The translations under genes were made by a program, and so were the position numbers. Shown in pieces: positions 39,626-49,548 of a stretch of 64,000 nucleotides of DNA (positions within the stretch are counted from its first letter, which is position 1; the number at the start of each line of letters is the position of its first letter). Below the pieces are notes generated by a model. The model saw only the letters and a list, made by a program, of their open reading frames with translations. It made no database searches and was not told the DNA's origin. Source of the stretch: Candidatus Poribacteria bacterium (GTDB lineage: Bacteria; Poribacteria; WGA-4E; WGA-3G); NCBI GenBank assembly GCA_963663765.2, contig CAXXUA010000008.1, forward strand, positions 52,320 to 116,319, written 5' to 3'.

Positions 39626-40366
39626 TTATCTATTGATTAAGGCAGCGCTATAACCTGCACCGAAACCGTTGTCAATGTTAACGACTGTTACACCAGAGGC
39701 ACAACTGTTCAACATACCAAGCAATGCTGCAAGACCACCGAAACTTGCACCATAGCCAACACTCGTTGGGACAGCGATGACAGGACAATCTACCAATCCC
39801 CCAACAACACTTGGCAATGCCCCTTCCATACCCGCCACAACAATAATAACACGCGCATTTAGAAGTTTTTCGTGATTACCAATGAGTCGGTGTAATCCCG
39901 CAACGCCAACATCATATAAACGTTCCGGGGAACTGCCCAACATATAAGCGGTTTCGACTGCTTCTTCAGCAACGGGTAGGTCAGAAGTGCCTGCGGATAC
40001 AACCAAAACACCCGGCTTCTGTTGTATATCAGATTGCACAACAGAAATCGTTCGTCCAAGTTCATTGTATCGTGCTTCTGGTTCAACGGATTTTACTGCT
40101 TCATACATTGATGGGGTCGCACGGGTAGCAAGGAGAGGATGACCGGCACTCAAAATACGTTCACTGATTTTGGCTACTTGGGTATCTGTCTTGCCTTCGC
40201 AGAAGATAACTTCAGGAAATCCTGTGCGTAGTTGCCGATGATGGTCAATTTTAGAGAAACCGAGGTCTTCAAAAGGGAGGATGCGGAGAGATTGAAGTGC
40301 GTCAACCACCTCAATCTCACCACGTTTGACCTGTTCAAGGAGAGTTCTTAGCTTTTCAACTTCCAT
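39626..40366 (-). CDS. larB: Nickel-pincer cofactor biosynthesis protein LarB (PurE-like)
   Basis: DHHRQLRTGFPEV, AGTSDLPVAEE, DVGVAGLHR, AGMEGAL, PTSVGYG and VNIDNGFGA. Confidence 0.93.
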   Translation of the reverse strand: MEVEKLRTLLEQVKRGEIEVVDALQSLRILPFEDLGFSKIDHHRQLRTGFPEVIFCEGKTDTQVAKISERILSAGHPLLATRATPSMYEAVKSVEPEARYNELGRTISVVQSDIQQKPGVLVVSAGTSDLPVAEEAVETAYMLGSSPERLYDVGVAGLHRLIGNHEKLLNARVIIVVAGMEGALPSVVGGLVDCPVIAVPTSVGYGASFGGLAALLGMLNSCASGVTVVNIDNGFGAGYSAALINR

Positions 40367-40397
40367 ACATGTTGAAATTACACTTTAAGGTATTGTC

Positions 40398-40853
40398 ATA
40401 CCATTTCTATTATAGTGAAATATACAATTAAGTTTACACGTTTTCTGTAGGAGCGATCTCCGAATCGCGACTGAATGCCTTGATAGTCGGGAATCGGAGT
40501 TCCCTCCTACACCATCGCGACTGAACGCCTTGATAGTCGGGAATCGGAGTTCCCTCCTACACCATCGCGACTGAACGTCTTGATAGTCGGGAATCGGAGT
40601 TCCCTCCTACACCTGAAAGTGTAAAAATAATTCTAAAATCTACTATAATACATGTCTCATTAAGTAGTTGCACTGATTTTGCGGGTTGTAGGCCGACTTT
40701 ACGGTAGGAGCGACCTCCCGGTCACGACCCGGTGAATGCCAAAAGGCATTCATACCGTTGATTCGGAGGTCTCTCCTACCATATCTCCTCTGCTAATGAG
40801 ACATTGATTTTTGTAATGATTTTCAATTGATTAGCAAGTGACAAATACGGTAT
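40398..40853. mobile_element. ATACCA-type MITE hosting a TAGTG element (40411..40647) with a triplicated REP arm and a micro-element
   Basis: Three copies of TCGCGACTGAAxGxCTTGATAGTCGGGAATCGGAGTTCCCTCCTACACC. Inner GTCTCATTA/TAATGAGAC. Confidence 0.78.
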
Positions 40854-40874
40854 TCACTACATTGAATCTATATT

Positions 40875-41285
40875 CTAAGCATCTTCAGTCTTCTTCTTAC
40901 CAGATTTCTTGTCACCTGAGAGCCCAGGTATCGTCTCAGTGATTTTGTCACGTACATCTGAAGAGACCTTTTTACCAGTTTCAACAGCCGATTTTACTTG
41001 TTTTGATGCGTCCTTGACATGTCCCTTACTGACTTCCACGATACCTTGAACACTTTGCTTTCCTTGGTCCACGATATTCTGTACATTTTCTTTAGCAGAC
41101 TCGCTTGCTTGTTGTGCAAATTCCAATGTCCTATCTTTTGCTTGAAGCGAGGTTTCCTTGATTTTCTCACGGGTTTCTTTACCGGGTGCTGGCGCATACA
41201 GCAGACTCAACACTGCACCTGCCAAGAAGCCAGTGAAAAAGGCAAAAATCATTGTCAAGCCATTGTTGTTTTCGTTATTACTCAT
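40875..41285 (-). CDS. YtxH-domain protein
   Basis: Motif FFTGFLAGAVLSLLYAPAPGKETREKI. Confidence 0.88.
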   Translation of the reverse strand: MSNNENNNGLTMIFAFFTGFLAGAVLSLLYAPAPGKETREKIKETSLQAKDRTLEFAQQASESAKENVQNIVDQGKQSVQGIVEVSKGHVKDASKQVKSAVETGKKVSSDVRDKITETIPGLSGDKKSGKKKTEDA

Positions 41286-41527
41286 GGGTCTATCCTTCCT
41301 ATATTTAAGTTTGAAGTTGACACAAATCCAGTTTTACTTCTATTTAGATGAATGTTCATCTCTTTAGTATATACGTTAATTTTGGATATTTCTTTTCAAT
41401 TCTGTGAATTTTCCTATTTTATTCTCTGTCAATCAGTAATTTTTGTATACCACATTTCAACCAGTCTATTAACCTATGGATTCATTTGCTTTTTAAACAC
41501 TTGGTTTCATATCTAATCTGTTGATGA

Positions 41528-42154
41528 TTAACTGACTTCGTCCAGTTCTTCTGAGTGAGAGTCCTCTGTATCATCAGATGAGTTTTGTCCATGCTGCTCA
41601 GTGGTAGATACATTTACCTCACTGGAATTTGATGCTTTGTTGTATAGTCTCTCCCATCCAGCTTTCACACCATGCCACAATCCAATTATATCTGCAAGGG
41701 ATACAGCAACTTGATTCCTAAAATATTCTGCCTGTTCAATTGTCTGACCCGAAAAAGAGGATACTTTATGCACGACTGACTCAAATTCATGGATACTATG
41801 ATTCAATGCTTCTGTCAATTCTTGTACGTTATGTAAAGTTGTTTGTATCTCATTTTCGCTTATCTGTTGTAATGATGCAGTTATACCATTGATGTTTTGG
41901 AGTAGTTGGGGTAACTCCTTATTGATCTCTTTCACAGTTTGTGTTACGTCATTGATAAGTATGCCGACTTCTTGATTCACCAGACTTTCGGTAGAATTCA
42001 ATGTGTTTTGAATACTATTTAGAGATTTCCTGATACTTGAAAGAGCGGCACATAGATAAATAAATAAAACAGTTAAGGCAATTAAAGCTAAGCTCAGACT
42101 ACATTTCCATACAATTGATACAATGACATTTGATACAATGACATTTGGATCCAT
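41528..42154 (-). CDS. DUF948/YoxC-like membrane coiled-coil protein
   Basis: N-terminal TM helix followed by a coiled coil. Sits next to YtxH, as in the common gene pair. Confidence 0.65.
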   Translation of the reverse strand: MDPNVIVSNVIVSIVWKCSLSLALIALTVLFIYLCAALSSIRKSLNSIQNTLNSTESLVNQEVGILINDVTQTVKEINKELPQLLQNINGITASLQQISENEIQTTLHNVQELTEALNHSIHEFESVVHKVSSFSGQTIEQAEYFRNQVAVSLADIIGLWHGVKAGWERLYNKASNSSEVNVSTTEQHGQNSSDDTEDSHSEELDEVS

Positions 42155-42216
42155 TAATTTCCTCCTCCGATATGCTACTATTATTAAAATACATTATTTT
42201 GCTAAAAAACAATTTT

Positions 42217-44871
42217 CTATAGTTGGGTTCCTATGATTTCCATAGTTGCTTCAATAGCAGCGTTGACTTTTTCAAGATTACGTGAACCGCCTTGTGCAAG
42301 TTCAGGACGACCCCCACCACGTCCATCCGCAATTTTGGTAATTGCTTGGATGAGTTTTCCAGCATTTAAACCACGATTCTTAACGAGATCGGGTGTAACA
42401 CCCACAATAAATGCTGCATCATCCCCCGATACAGAAGCAAGTGTGACAACCCCAGACTCAATTCGGTTTTTCAACACATCCACCATTTGCCGTAAACTAT
42501 CTCTATCTGTTTTATCAATCCGTGATGCTACAACCTTCACACCATCAACAGATTTTGCCCCTTCAATCAAGTCATCAATATTTGATAATGCGTTTTTACT
42601 TTTTAGTTGTTGAACTTGCTGTTCTAATTCCCTATATTCTTGAAGTAGTTGCGCAATTCTTTCCGGTAAATCTGTCTTCGGTGCTTTTAGCAAACTGGAT
42701 ACATTAGAAAGGAGTTGCTCATCATCTTGTATCGTTGAGAGAGCAACATCTCCAGTAAATGCTTCTACACGACGCACACCAGCCGAGATACTACTTTCAC
42801 TCATCAGTTTTACAAAACCGATATCACCCGTTGCATAAACATGTGTTCCTCCACAGAGTTCAACACTGTATTCACCTGACTGTACCACGCGTACGATGTC
42901 ACCATATTTGTCGCCAAAAAATGCCAATGCGCCTTTTTCTTTTGCTTGTTGCAACGACATTTCGTTTATTTGTATTACATCATTGTGACGTATCTTCTTG
43001 TTAATGTAAGTCTCAATTTCACGCAGCTGCTCTGTTGAAACAGCCTCATAATGATTAAAGTCAAAACGTAATCTGCCTGCTTGCACAAGAGATCCCGCTT
43101 GAGCAACATGGGTCCCAAGGATATTCCGCAAACCACTATGAAGTAGATGGGTCGCAGTGTGACTCACTGCTATAGAACTACGCCGTTTGCTGTCAATCTT
43201 TGCTTTTATTTTGGTAAATGGTGTGATTTCACCTTCAATCACCTTACACTTATGTACAATGAGGTCCGGAGAAGGTTTTATCGTGTCAACAACCGCAAGT
43301 TTCGCATCAGAACATACAAGTGTACCCACATCGCCAACCTGTCCACCCGATTCTCCGTAAAACGGAGTCCGATTGAGCAGCACGGATACCTCTTGATCTT
43401 GGGTTACTCTTGCTATCGATTCTGACCCGGCAATAAGCGCAACAATCTCTGCATCTGTCTCATGTTCAGAATATCCAACAAATTCCGTGCTTCCAGTTTC
43501 TTTTAGTATTTCTGCATAGAGTGCGATTTCATCGTCATTTGCACCGCTACCGGCAGCTTGCCAGTCAGCACGTCCTCGTGCACGCTGTGCTTCCATGCTA
43601 TCTTCAAAACCGGTTTCATCTACTGTATACCCGCGCTCACGCGTCAGCAGTTGCGTCAGGTCAAGTGGAAACCCAAAAGTATCATATAACTCAAATGCAC
43701 GTTTTCCGTCAAGCTGTGTATTTCCTTCCTTATTGAGCGTATCAATAGACTGCTCAAGCATATCCAAACCACGTGCCAAAGTCTGATGAAATCGGTTCTC
43801 CTCTGCATGAATGGTGCGTTGAATAAACTCCTTCCGTGGTAAGACATCGGGAAAAACGTCTCCAAGCATAGCAACAACCTTGTCTACGAGTTGATAGATG
43901 AAGGGTTCATCCATCCCCAGTTTTTTCCCATATAACACCGCGCGTCGCAATATTCTGCGGATGACATAACCTCTCCCATCGTTAGACGGCATAACACCAT
44001 CACCAATCGCAAAGGTTAGGCATCGTATATGGTCAGCAATGACGCGGTGAGGAAGTCCATTGATGTCTTCTGAGTATATAGTATCTGTCATATCAGAGAC
44101 AGTTTGCAGAAGCGGTGTAAATAGGTCTGTTTTGTAGTTAGAATCAACACCTTGCAAAACAGATGTAATTCTTTCAAAACCCATGCCTGTGTCAACATGA
44201 GTAGCGGGCAGTGGTTCAAGGTTCCCAACTTGGTCACGATTATATTGAATAAATACAAGATTCCAAAATTCGCGGAAACGTTCACTTGTATTCGGACCTG
44301 CATCAGGATCGTTGGCAGTTTCAGGGAATGCTTCAACCCCTAAGTCAACAAAGAGTTCACTACACGGACCGCAAGGTCCCGTCTCTCCCATTTCCCAAAA
44401 ATTATCCTTATCACACCTGCGTATCCGAGCAAGCGGAAGATCGGTCTCCTGCAGCCAAAGTTTTTCTGACTCATCGTCATCAACATATACCGTTGCCCAG
44501 AGCAGTTCCGATGGTATCTTCCACAATTCAGTTACTAATTCCCAAGCAAAAGCAATGGCTTCTTGTTTGTAGTAATCTCCGAATGACCAGTTACCGAGCA
44601 TCTCAAAGAATGTGTGGTGACTTGGTGAATGTCCGACCTCTTCAAGGTCATTATGCTTTCCACTCACTCGCAGACACTTTTGCGTGTCAACTGCTCGAGT
44701 GTATTCACGCTGCCCAATTCCAAGAAATACATCCTTGAATTGATTCATCCCCGCATTAGTAAATAACAGTGTTGGATCATCTGCTGGGATGAGTGATGCA
44801 CTGGGAACAACGGCGTGTCCCTTTTGGCGGAAATATTCTAAGAAGCTTGCTCTGATTTCGTCTGATGTCAT
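42217..44871 (-). CDS. alaS: Alanyl-tRNA synthetase
   Basis: DPTLLFTNAGM, HTFFEMLGN, DTGMGFER, HTATHLLH, ELCGGTH and GRGGG. Confidence 0.98.
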   Translation of the reverse strand: MTSDEIRASFLEYFRQKGHAVVPSASLIPADDPTLLFTNAGMNQFKDVFLGIGQREYTRAVDTQKCLRVSGKHNDLEEVGHSPSHHTFFEMLGNWSFGDYYKQEAIAFAWELVTELWKIPSELLWATVYVDDDESEKLWLQETDLPLARIRRCDKDNFWEMGETGPCGPCSELFVDLGVEAFPETANDPDAGPNTSERFREFWNLVFIQYNRDQVGNLEPLPATHVDTGMGFERITSVLQGVDSNYKTDLFTPLLQTVSDMTDTIYSEDINGLPHRVIADHIRCLTFAIGDGVMPSNDGRGYVIRRILRRAVLYGKKLGMDEPFIYQLVDKVVAMLGDVFPDVLPRKEFIQRTIHAEENRFHQTLARGLDMLEQSIDTLNKEGNTQLDGKRAFELYDTFGFPLDLTQLLTRERGYTVDETGFEDSMEAQRARGRADWQAAGSGANDDEIALYAEILKETGSTEFVGYSEHETDAEIVALIAGSESIARVTQDQEVSVLLNRTPFYGESGGQVGDVGTLVCSDAKLAVVDTIKPSPDLIVHKCKVIEGEITPFTKIKAKIDSKRRSSIAVSHTATHLLHSGLRNILGTHVAQAGSLVQAGRLRFDFNHYEAVSTEQLREIETYINKKIRHNDVIQINEMSLQQAKEKGALAFFGDKYGDIVRVVQSGEYSVELCGGTHVYATGDIGFVKLMSESSISAGVRRVEAFTGDVALSTIQDDEQLLSNVSSLLKAPKTDLPERIAQLLQEYRELEQQVQQLKSKNALSNIDDLIEGAKSVDGVKVVASRIDKTDRDSLRQMVDVLKNRIESGVVTLASVSGDDAAFIVGVTPDLVKNRGLNAGKLIQAITKIADGRGGGRPELAQGGSRNLEKVNAAIEATMEIIGTQL

Positions 44872-45130
44872 ATTTTAGACCTTCCCTCGTGTCTCTAATT
44901 ATAGAGTATTTTGACTGAAGGAGTCAAGTTAAAAGCAGGGTCAATGAATCTGCCTGATGTTCAGATTTTTCAAAATGAAACCCCATCATAGTAGATACCC
45001 GGGGAATGCACATAAACGTCAATATAAGAATTTTGCCTTTTTGTTGGAGGGGTTTTAAACCCGATAGAAGCTAAACGCACTTCTGGGTTGATTTGGTGAT
45101 CCTGTGTTCACAACTATTACCAATAACGCA

Positions 45131-45754
45131 TCATAAAACCTGATCAATCACCCGTATGATAGTCTCCAATTCAAATCCACGTCGCGCTAAATACCCGTGA
45201 AGTCGACGTCTTGCAACATCTCTCGTAAATCGTTTATATTGTTTCACACGTTTTTCTGCAATTGAAAATGCTAATTTTGCCTCGTCTTCAAACTTTACCT
45301 TTGCCACAACCTGTTCTACTGTTTCTCTGTCAACCCCTTTTTCTATCAATTCCTGTTTTAACAGGATCCGTCCTCTCGGGTTTGATTTTAGTCTCCGTTG
45401 AACCCATTTCTCAGCATACAGTCTATCCCGTATATGTCCTGAATTAATGAGTTCAGTGATGATTATTTCTACTGTTTTTTCTCTAAAACCTTCTCGTGTA
45501 AGTTGATATGTCATTTGCTTCTTGCTGTAGATGTTTTCCTGTAGTAAATCAAGTGCGTATTTTTTTGCGCGCATTGTTTCATCGGCAGCAACAAGTTTGT
45601 CGATTACATCTGCTTCAATTTCTAACCCAACTCGCAACCCAAGTTTCTCTACAAGTATGGAAGGAATTTCCGCAGAAGGAGAATCGTCCAGATATATTCT
45701 GCAATTAGAGTCATTGTCTTGTTTCGTTTTTATATCTGTGATTTTCTGTTTCAT
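45131..45754 (-). CDS. recX: Regulatory protein RecX
   Basis: Motifs D..YAE.WV, RG..LLKQEL.EKGV and YLARRGF. Start is uncertain (45754 or 45769). Confidence 0.85.
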   Translation of the reverse strand: MKQKITDIKTKQDNDSNCRIYLDDSPSAEIPSILVEKLGLRVGLEIEADVIDKLVAADETMRAKKYALDLLQENIYSKKQMTYQLTREGFREKTVEIIITELINSGHIRDRLYAEKWVQRRLKSNPRGRILLKQELIEKGVDRETVEQVVAKVKFEDEAKLAFSIAEKRVKQYKRFTRDVARRRLHGYLARRGFELETIIRVIDQVL

Positions 45755-45878
45755 TGTTCTTGATTCCAAAGGAAATGGGCAGATTGAGAAATCCGCCCAT
45801 AATTATTTCTGAAACCTGGAATCTTGTTATGTATAAATTGCAGCAAGCATCTAAGTGCAACCTAACGAAAATGTTTGG

Positions 45879-46511
45879 TTATTCACTACCGTTGGTACCT
45901 GCCCATAACGCACCACGTTGCAGAAGTGTTCCAAACATCTCGTGTTGACATGCTGCTGGATCGTGGCCAAGTGCAAGATAAAAAACCTTACCTTTGCCCC
46001 AATTCTTCGTCCATGCAACTGGCATCACATCACCTTTCCACAATGCCGAAGCAAGCACATGATTACGAGGGTCATAATCCAAAATATACTGCTCATCTTT
46101 TACCATGAATTCATTGAGACCATGCGTGATTTCGTGCTCACTGTCTACAATACTCACCTGATAATCACGATAACGTGGATGTGTTGTGAAGTAACCACCG
46201 ACCATTGAACGGTATTCTGGACATCCTCGGAACGAATCCGCCGCCGAATGTATACCGACATAACCTTTTCCTGATGCAACATAGTTGAGCAAACCATTCT
46301 TTTGCGCATCAGATATTTCACCAACCGTATAATAGAATACAATCAGGTCGTAAGGGTCTAACTTAGGTGATACAAGTGCGTCAAGATCGTCCTCAACTGT
46401 AGTTATTTCAAACTCGTCTCGTTGTGAAAGTGCTTTAACAATTTCTTCGCTGCAACCTTTCCAGTTATGGATTGCACCGCCAGCGAAAACAAGTGTATTT
46501 ATCTTTGCCAT
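45879..46511 (-). CDS. ThuA-like (class I glutamine-amidotransferase fold) protein
   Basis: GKGYVGIHSA, HPR, DEQY and PVAWTKNWGKGKVFYLALGH. Start at ATG 46511 with RBS GGAGG. Confidence 0.85.
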   Translation of the reverse strand: MAKINTLVFAGGAIHNWKGCSEEIVKALSQRDEFEITTVEDDLDALVSPKLDPYDLIVFYYTVGEISDAQKNGLLNYVASGKGYVGIHSAADSFRGCPEYRSMVGGYFTTHPRYRDYQVSIVDSEHEITHGLNEFMVKDEQYILDYDPRNHVLASALWKGDVMPVAWTKNWGKGKVFYLALGHDPAACQHEMFGTLLQRGALWAGTNGSE

Positions 46512-46586
46512 TTTATCCTCCTTTAGATTGATAAGCAAATTATATCATACATATATACAAAAATCAAATATCGAAATAGGATAACC

Positions 46587-47486
46587 AGAGACATTCAATT
46601 GTCACTTGCGTTTCTTATGGGAGGGGTTTGTAACCCCGATTTCTTCGGTAGGAGCGACCATGAGAATGCCTAAATGGCATTCATACCGTTGATTTACTGG
46701 TCGTAAAAATCTCCAAATAATTAAGAAAATTTTGACAAGTGAATGTCTCTATAGGATTGTAATGCTATTAATAGTGAATTTTGAAAACAGTGTATAATTG
46801 TTTTCATAATTCACTTCAGTCCCGTAGGGACGAATGTTTATAGAACAGGACTTACACAGTTTCTCTTAAAGTCCACCTGATAAGGGAAGGGTTCCCATAG
46901 CAATAGCGTATGGGAGGGTGTGGGTTAATAACTAAAATAACGACATTTATACCCCCTTAAGCCTCCCTTATCAAGGAGGAATGCCGTAAGTCAGGGTTAT
47001 TCAGTTTTAAGAGTTTTCTGTTCTTGAGATTTACTGAAAGTTAATACCCAGGTTCGGTTTCCTAACCGAATTTTACGCATCACTTTTAATTTATTGAAAA
47101 CTGAATATTGCTCTTTAGGCCCGTAGGGACGATATGTGTATTCTTCTATGTCGTTCCTACGGAACTCTATTGGGGTTGAAAACATTTTCTATAAACATAT
47201 CGTTCCTACGGAACTCTATTGGGGTTGAAAACATTTTCTATAAACATATCGTTCCTACGGAACTAAAGACATGGACAAGATGGTATTACAAAATATTAAC
47301 GGTATAACAAATAGGACTTACGCAGTTTTCATGATCCAATCAAGAATTAAGACGAAAACGATGTAATTTTCAGCATTTTTTAGGTTTCCGGCGCGCTTAC
47401 AAAGCACGCCTACCGTTGGGTGCGTAAGTCCTGACAAAATACTATCATAAATATTGAAAACTGAATAACCTTTGCCGTAAGTCTTG
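46587..47486. mobile_element. Multi-layer MITE nest (46587..46750; from 46846; 46992..47472; 47312..47433)
   Basis: An AGAGACATTCA-ended element. An ISAs1-end MITE with 10-bp duplication TGCCGTAAGT sits in the right end of a CAGGACTTAC element. A further CAGGAC-type MITE with ACAAA duplication lies inside it. Confidence 0.82.
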
Positions 47487-47545
47487 TAAGTAGATTTGAA
47501 AATCTTTGTAAAGACAACTGTAATAAACTCAAAATTCTAAAATTA

Positions 47546-49444
47546 TCATTTCCGATGAAATCGACGTTCCAACTCATCGCGTCCCATTTCAATTATAATA
47601 GGTCTTGAATGCGGACAATTGAAAGGTAATTTCGCTTCAGATAACTCACGAACAAGGTTGATCATCTCTTTAGAGTCTAACGTATCCCCAGCTTTCACAG
47701 CAGAACGGCAAGCAAGCGTTATCAATGCATTATCAATCGCTTCGGGGATTTCCACCTCAGTGTGCGGTTGTTCGGGGAGTTTGTCAAGAAGGTCTGTGAC
47801 AGTCTGCGCTGCTATGCGAGTAGGGAGTGTCGCGGGTATAGCACGAATCAGAATCGTATTGCTACCAAATTCCTCCAATTCAAATCCAATCTTGTTAAAC
47901 AGCGCACCGTGAACCTTGAGAACACTAAGCTGCTGCGGTGTTATTTCAAGCGTCACGGGTAAGAGTAACCCTTGTACAGGAATACCATCAGCTTTCAATT
48001 GATGCACAAATCTCTCATACAACACACGTTCTGCAGCAACATGCTGGTCAATAAAAAACACCTTATCTTGCCCTTCAGCGACAATATAAGTCTTGAAGAG
48101 ATTTGTTTTCAACTCAACATTCTCAAAATCAAGTAACTTGAGCATTGCACCTTCAGGAATTTCTTGTTGTGGTGGCTGTACAACAGTCTTGGTTACTTCT
48201 GTTCTTGGTTTACTCTCATTATCAGTCGTCGGTTGTATGTCCTTTTGAGTCGTCTGAGGTTCATCATTTGATACATCTGCACTCTGCTGCTGTGTTTCAA
48301 TTGGTTCTTCTCTTCTGCTGGTAGAAAAAGGCGTTTGTGGACGAGGCCGTGGAATAGAAGTTGTTTTTGATGAGCCTATATCTGTTGTCTCTAACTCAAC
48401 TGTTTTAGTCGGCGTCTGTTCATTCTCTACGGATGTTTCAATCTTTGGGATGAATTTCTCTTTGTTGATGACTGCGCGTATCATCCGAACAATACCACTA
48501 AATATAGACCTTTCATTACGGAAACGCACCTCTATTTTCGCGGGATGCACATTGACATCTACCATCCCAGGTTCAAGCGTAAGAAATAGCAGTGCTACCG
48601 CATGTCTATCCTTCTGAACAGTCGCGCTGAGTGCTTCTTTCAATGCAGCACCAATCATTTGACTACGAATCGGACGTTGATTCATGAAAAAGAGTTGATA
48701 TTCGCGATTTGGTTTGGTAAAGTCGGGTTTCCCAAGCATGCCAGTAAGTTTAAAATCTGGTAGTTCCTCTGCAAATTCAATTAAGTTGTCTGCAAATTCC
48801 TTTCCATAGACTAAACGCGCGCGTTCCAAGTGGGTATCACAAGCACGGACATCCAACATGGATCTACCATTGTGTGAAAGAGAAAAATGTATCTTCTGGT
48901 TGGCAAGTGCAGCCCACATCACCTGTTTATGAATATGATTGATCTCAGTCGTATCAGTCTTCAAGAATTTCAAACGCGCAGGAACATTACCAAAGAGATT
49001 ATTGATGGATATATGCGTGCCAGGGGAACAACCACTCTCTTCAACAGAACGGAATACACCACCATCAACCGAGATCTTTGTGCCTTGAATTGCATCTACA
49101 GTGCGTGTTAGTAATTCAAATTGAGAGACAGACGCAATACTCGCTAATGCTTCACCCCGAAACCCAAATGTGTGGATTGACTCAAGATCTTCAATGCGAC
49201 TCACTTTACTTGTTGCATGCCGTTCTAATGCGAGGAGTGCATCCTCACGCTCCATCCCAACACCGTTATCGGATACGCGAATAAGCCGTTTACCCCCCGC
49301 ACGAATTTCAACACGGATACTTGTACTTTCCGCGTCTATAGCATTTTCTATCAGCTCTTTGACAACCGATGCAGGACGTTCAACGACTTCTCCTGCGGCA
49401 ATCTTATTGGCTACATCTGCAGGAAGAATCTTGATTTGTGGCAT
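47546..49444 (-). CDS. mutL: DNA mismatch repair protein MutL
   Basis: IAAGEVVERP, GFRGEAL, VDVNVHP, DQHVAAER, ACR and CPHSRP. Confidence 0.98.
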   Translation of the reverse strand: MPQIKILPADVANKIAAGEVVERPASVVKELIENAIDAESTSIRVEIRAGGKRLIRVSDNGVGMEREDALLALERHATSKVSRIEDLESIHTFGFRGEALASIASVSQFELLTRTVDAIQGTKISVDGGVFRSVEESGCSPGTHISINNLFGNVPARLKFLKTDTTEINHIHKQVMWAALANQKIHFSLSHNGRSMLDVRACDTHLERARLVYGKEFADNLIEFAEELPDFKLTGMLGKPDFTKPNREYQLFFMNQRPIRSQMIGAALKEALSATVQKDRHAVALLFLTLEPGMVDVNVHPAKIEVRFRNERSIFSGIVRMIRAVINKEKFIPKIETSVENEQTPTKTVELETTDIGSSKTTSIPRPRPQTPFSTSRREEPIETQQQSADVSNDEPQTTQKDIQPTTDNESKPRTEVTKTVVQPPQQEIPEGAMLKLLDFENVELKTNLFKTYIVAEGQDKVFFIDQHVAAERVLYERFVHQLKADGIPVQGLLLPVTLEITPQQLSVLKVHGALFNKIGFELEEFGSNTILIRAIPATLPTRIAAQTVTDLLDKLPEQPHTEVEIPEAIDNALITLACRSAVKAGDTLDSKEMINLVRELSEAKLPFNCPHSRPIIIEMGRDELERRFHRK

Positions 49445-49548
49445 CTATCATTACCTCTATAGTCTTAAGAAAGAAACTTAATTTGGTGAAAAATGATGTA
49501 TTTAATTTAGCATATACAACGCAGATTGTCAAGTGTGATGTTTTAAAG

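Noticed and set aside
44872-45130. T-box or riboswitch upstream of alaS
   Set aside because: No T-box consensus or clear terminator seen; it contains a MITE fragment instead.
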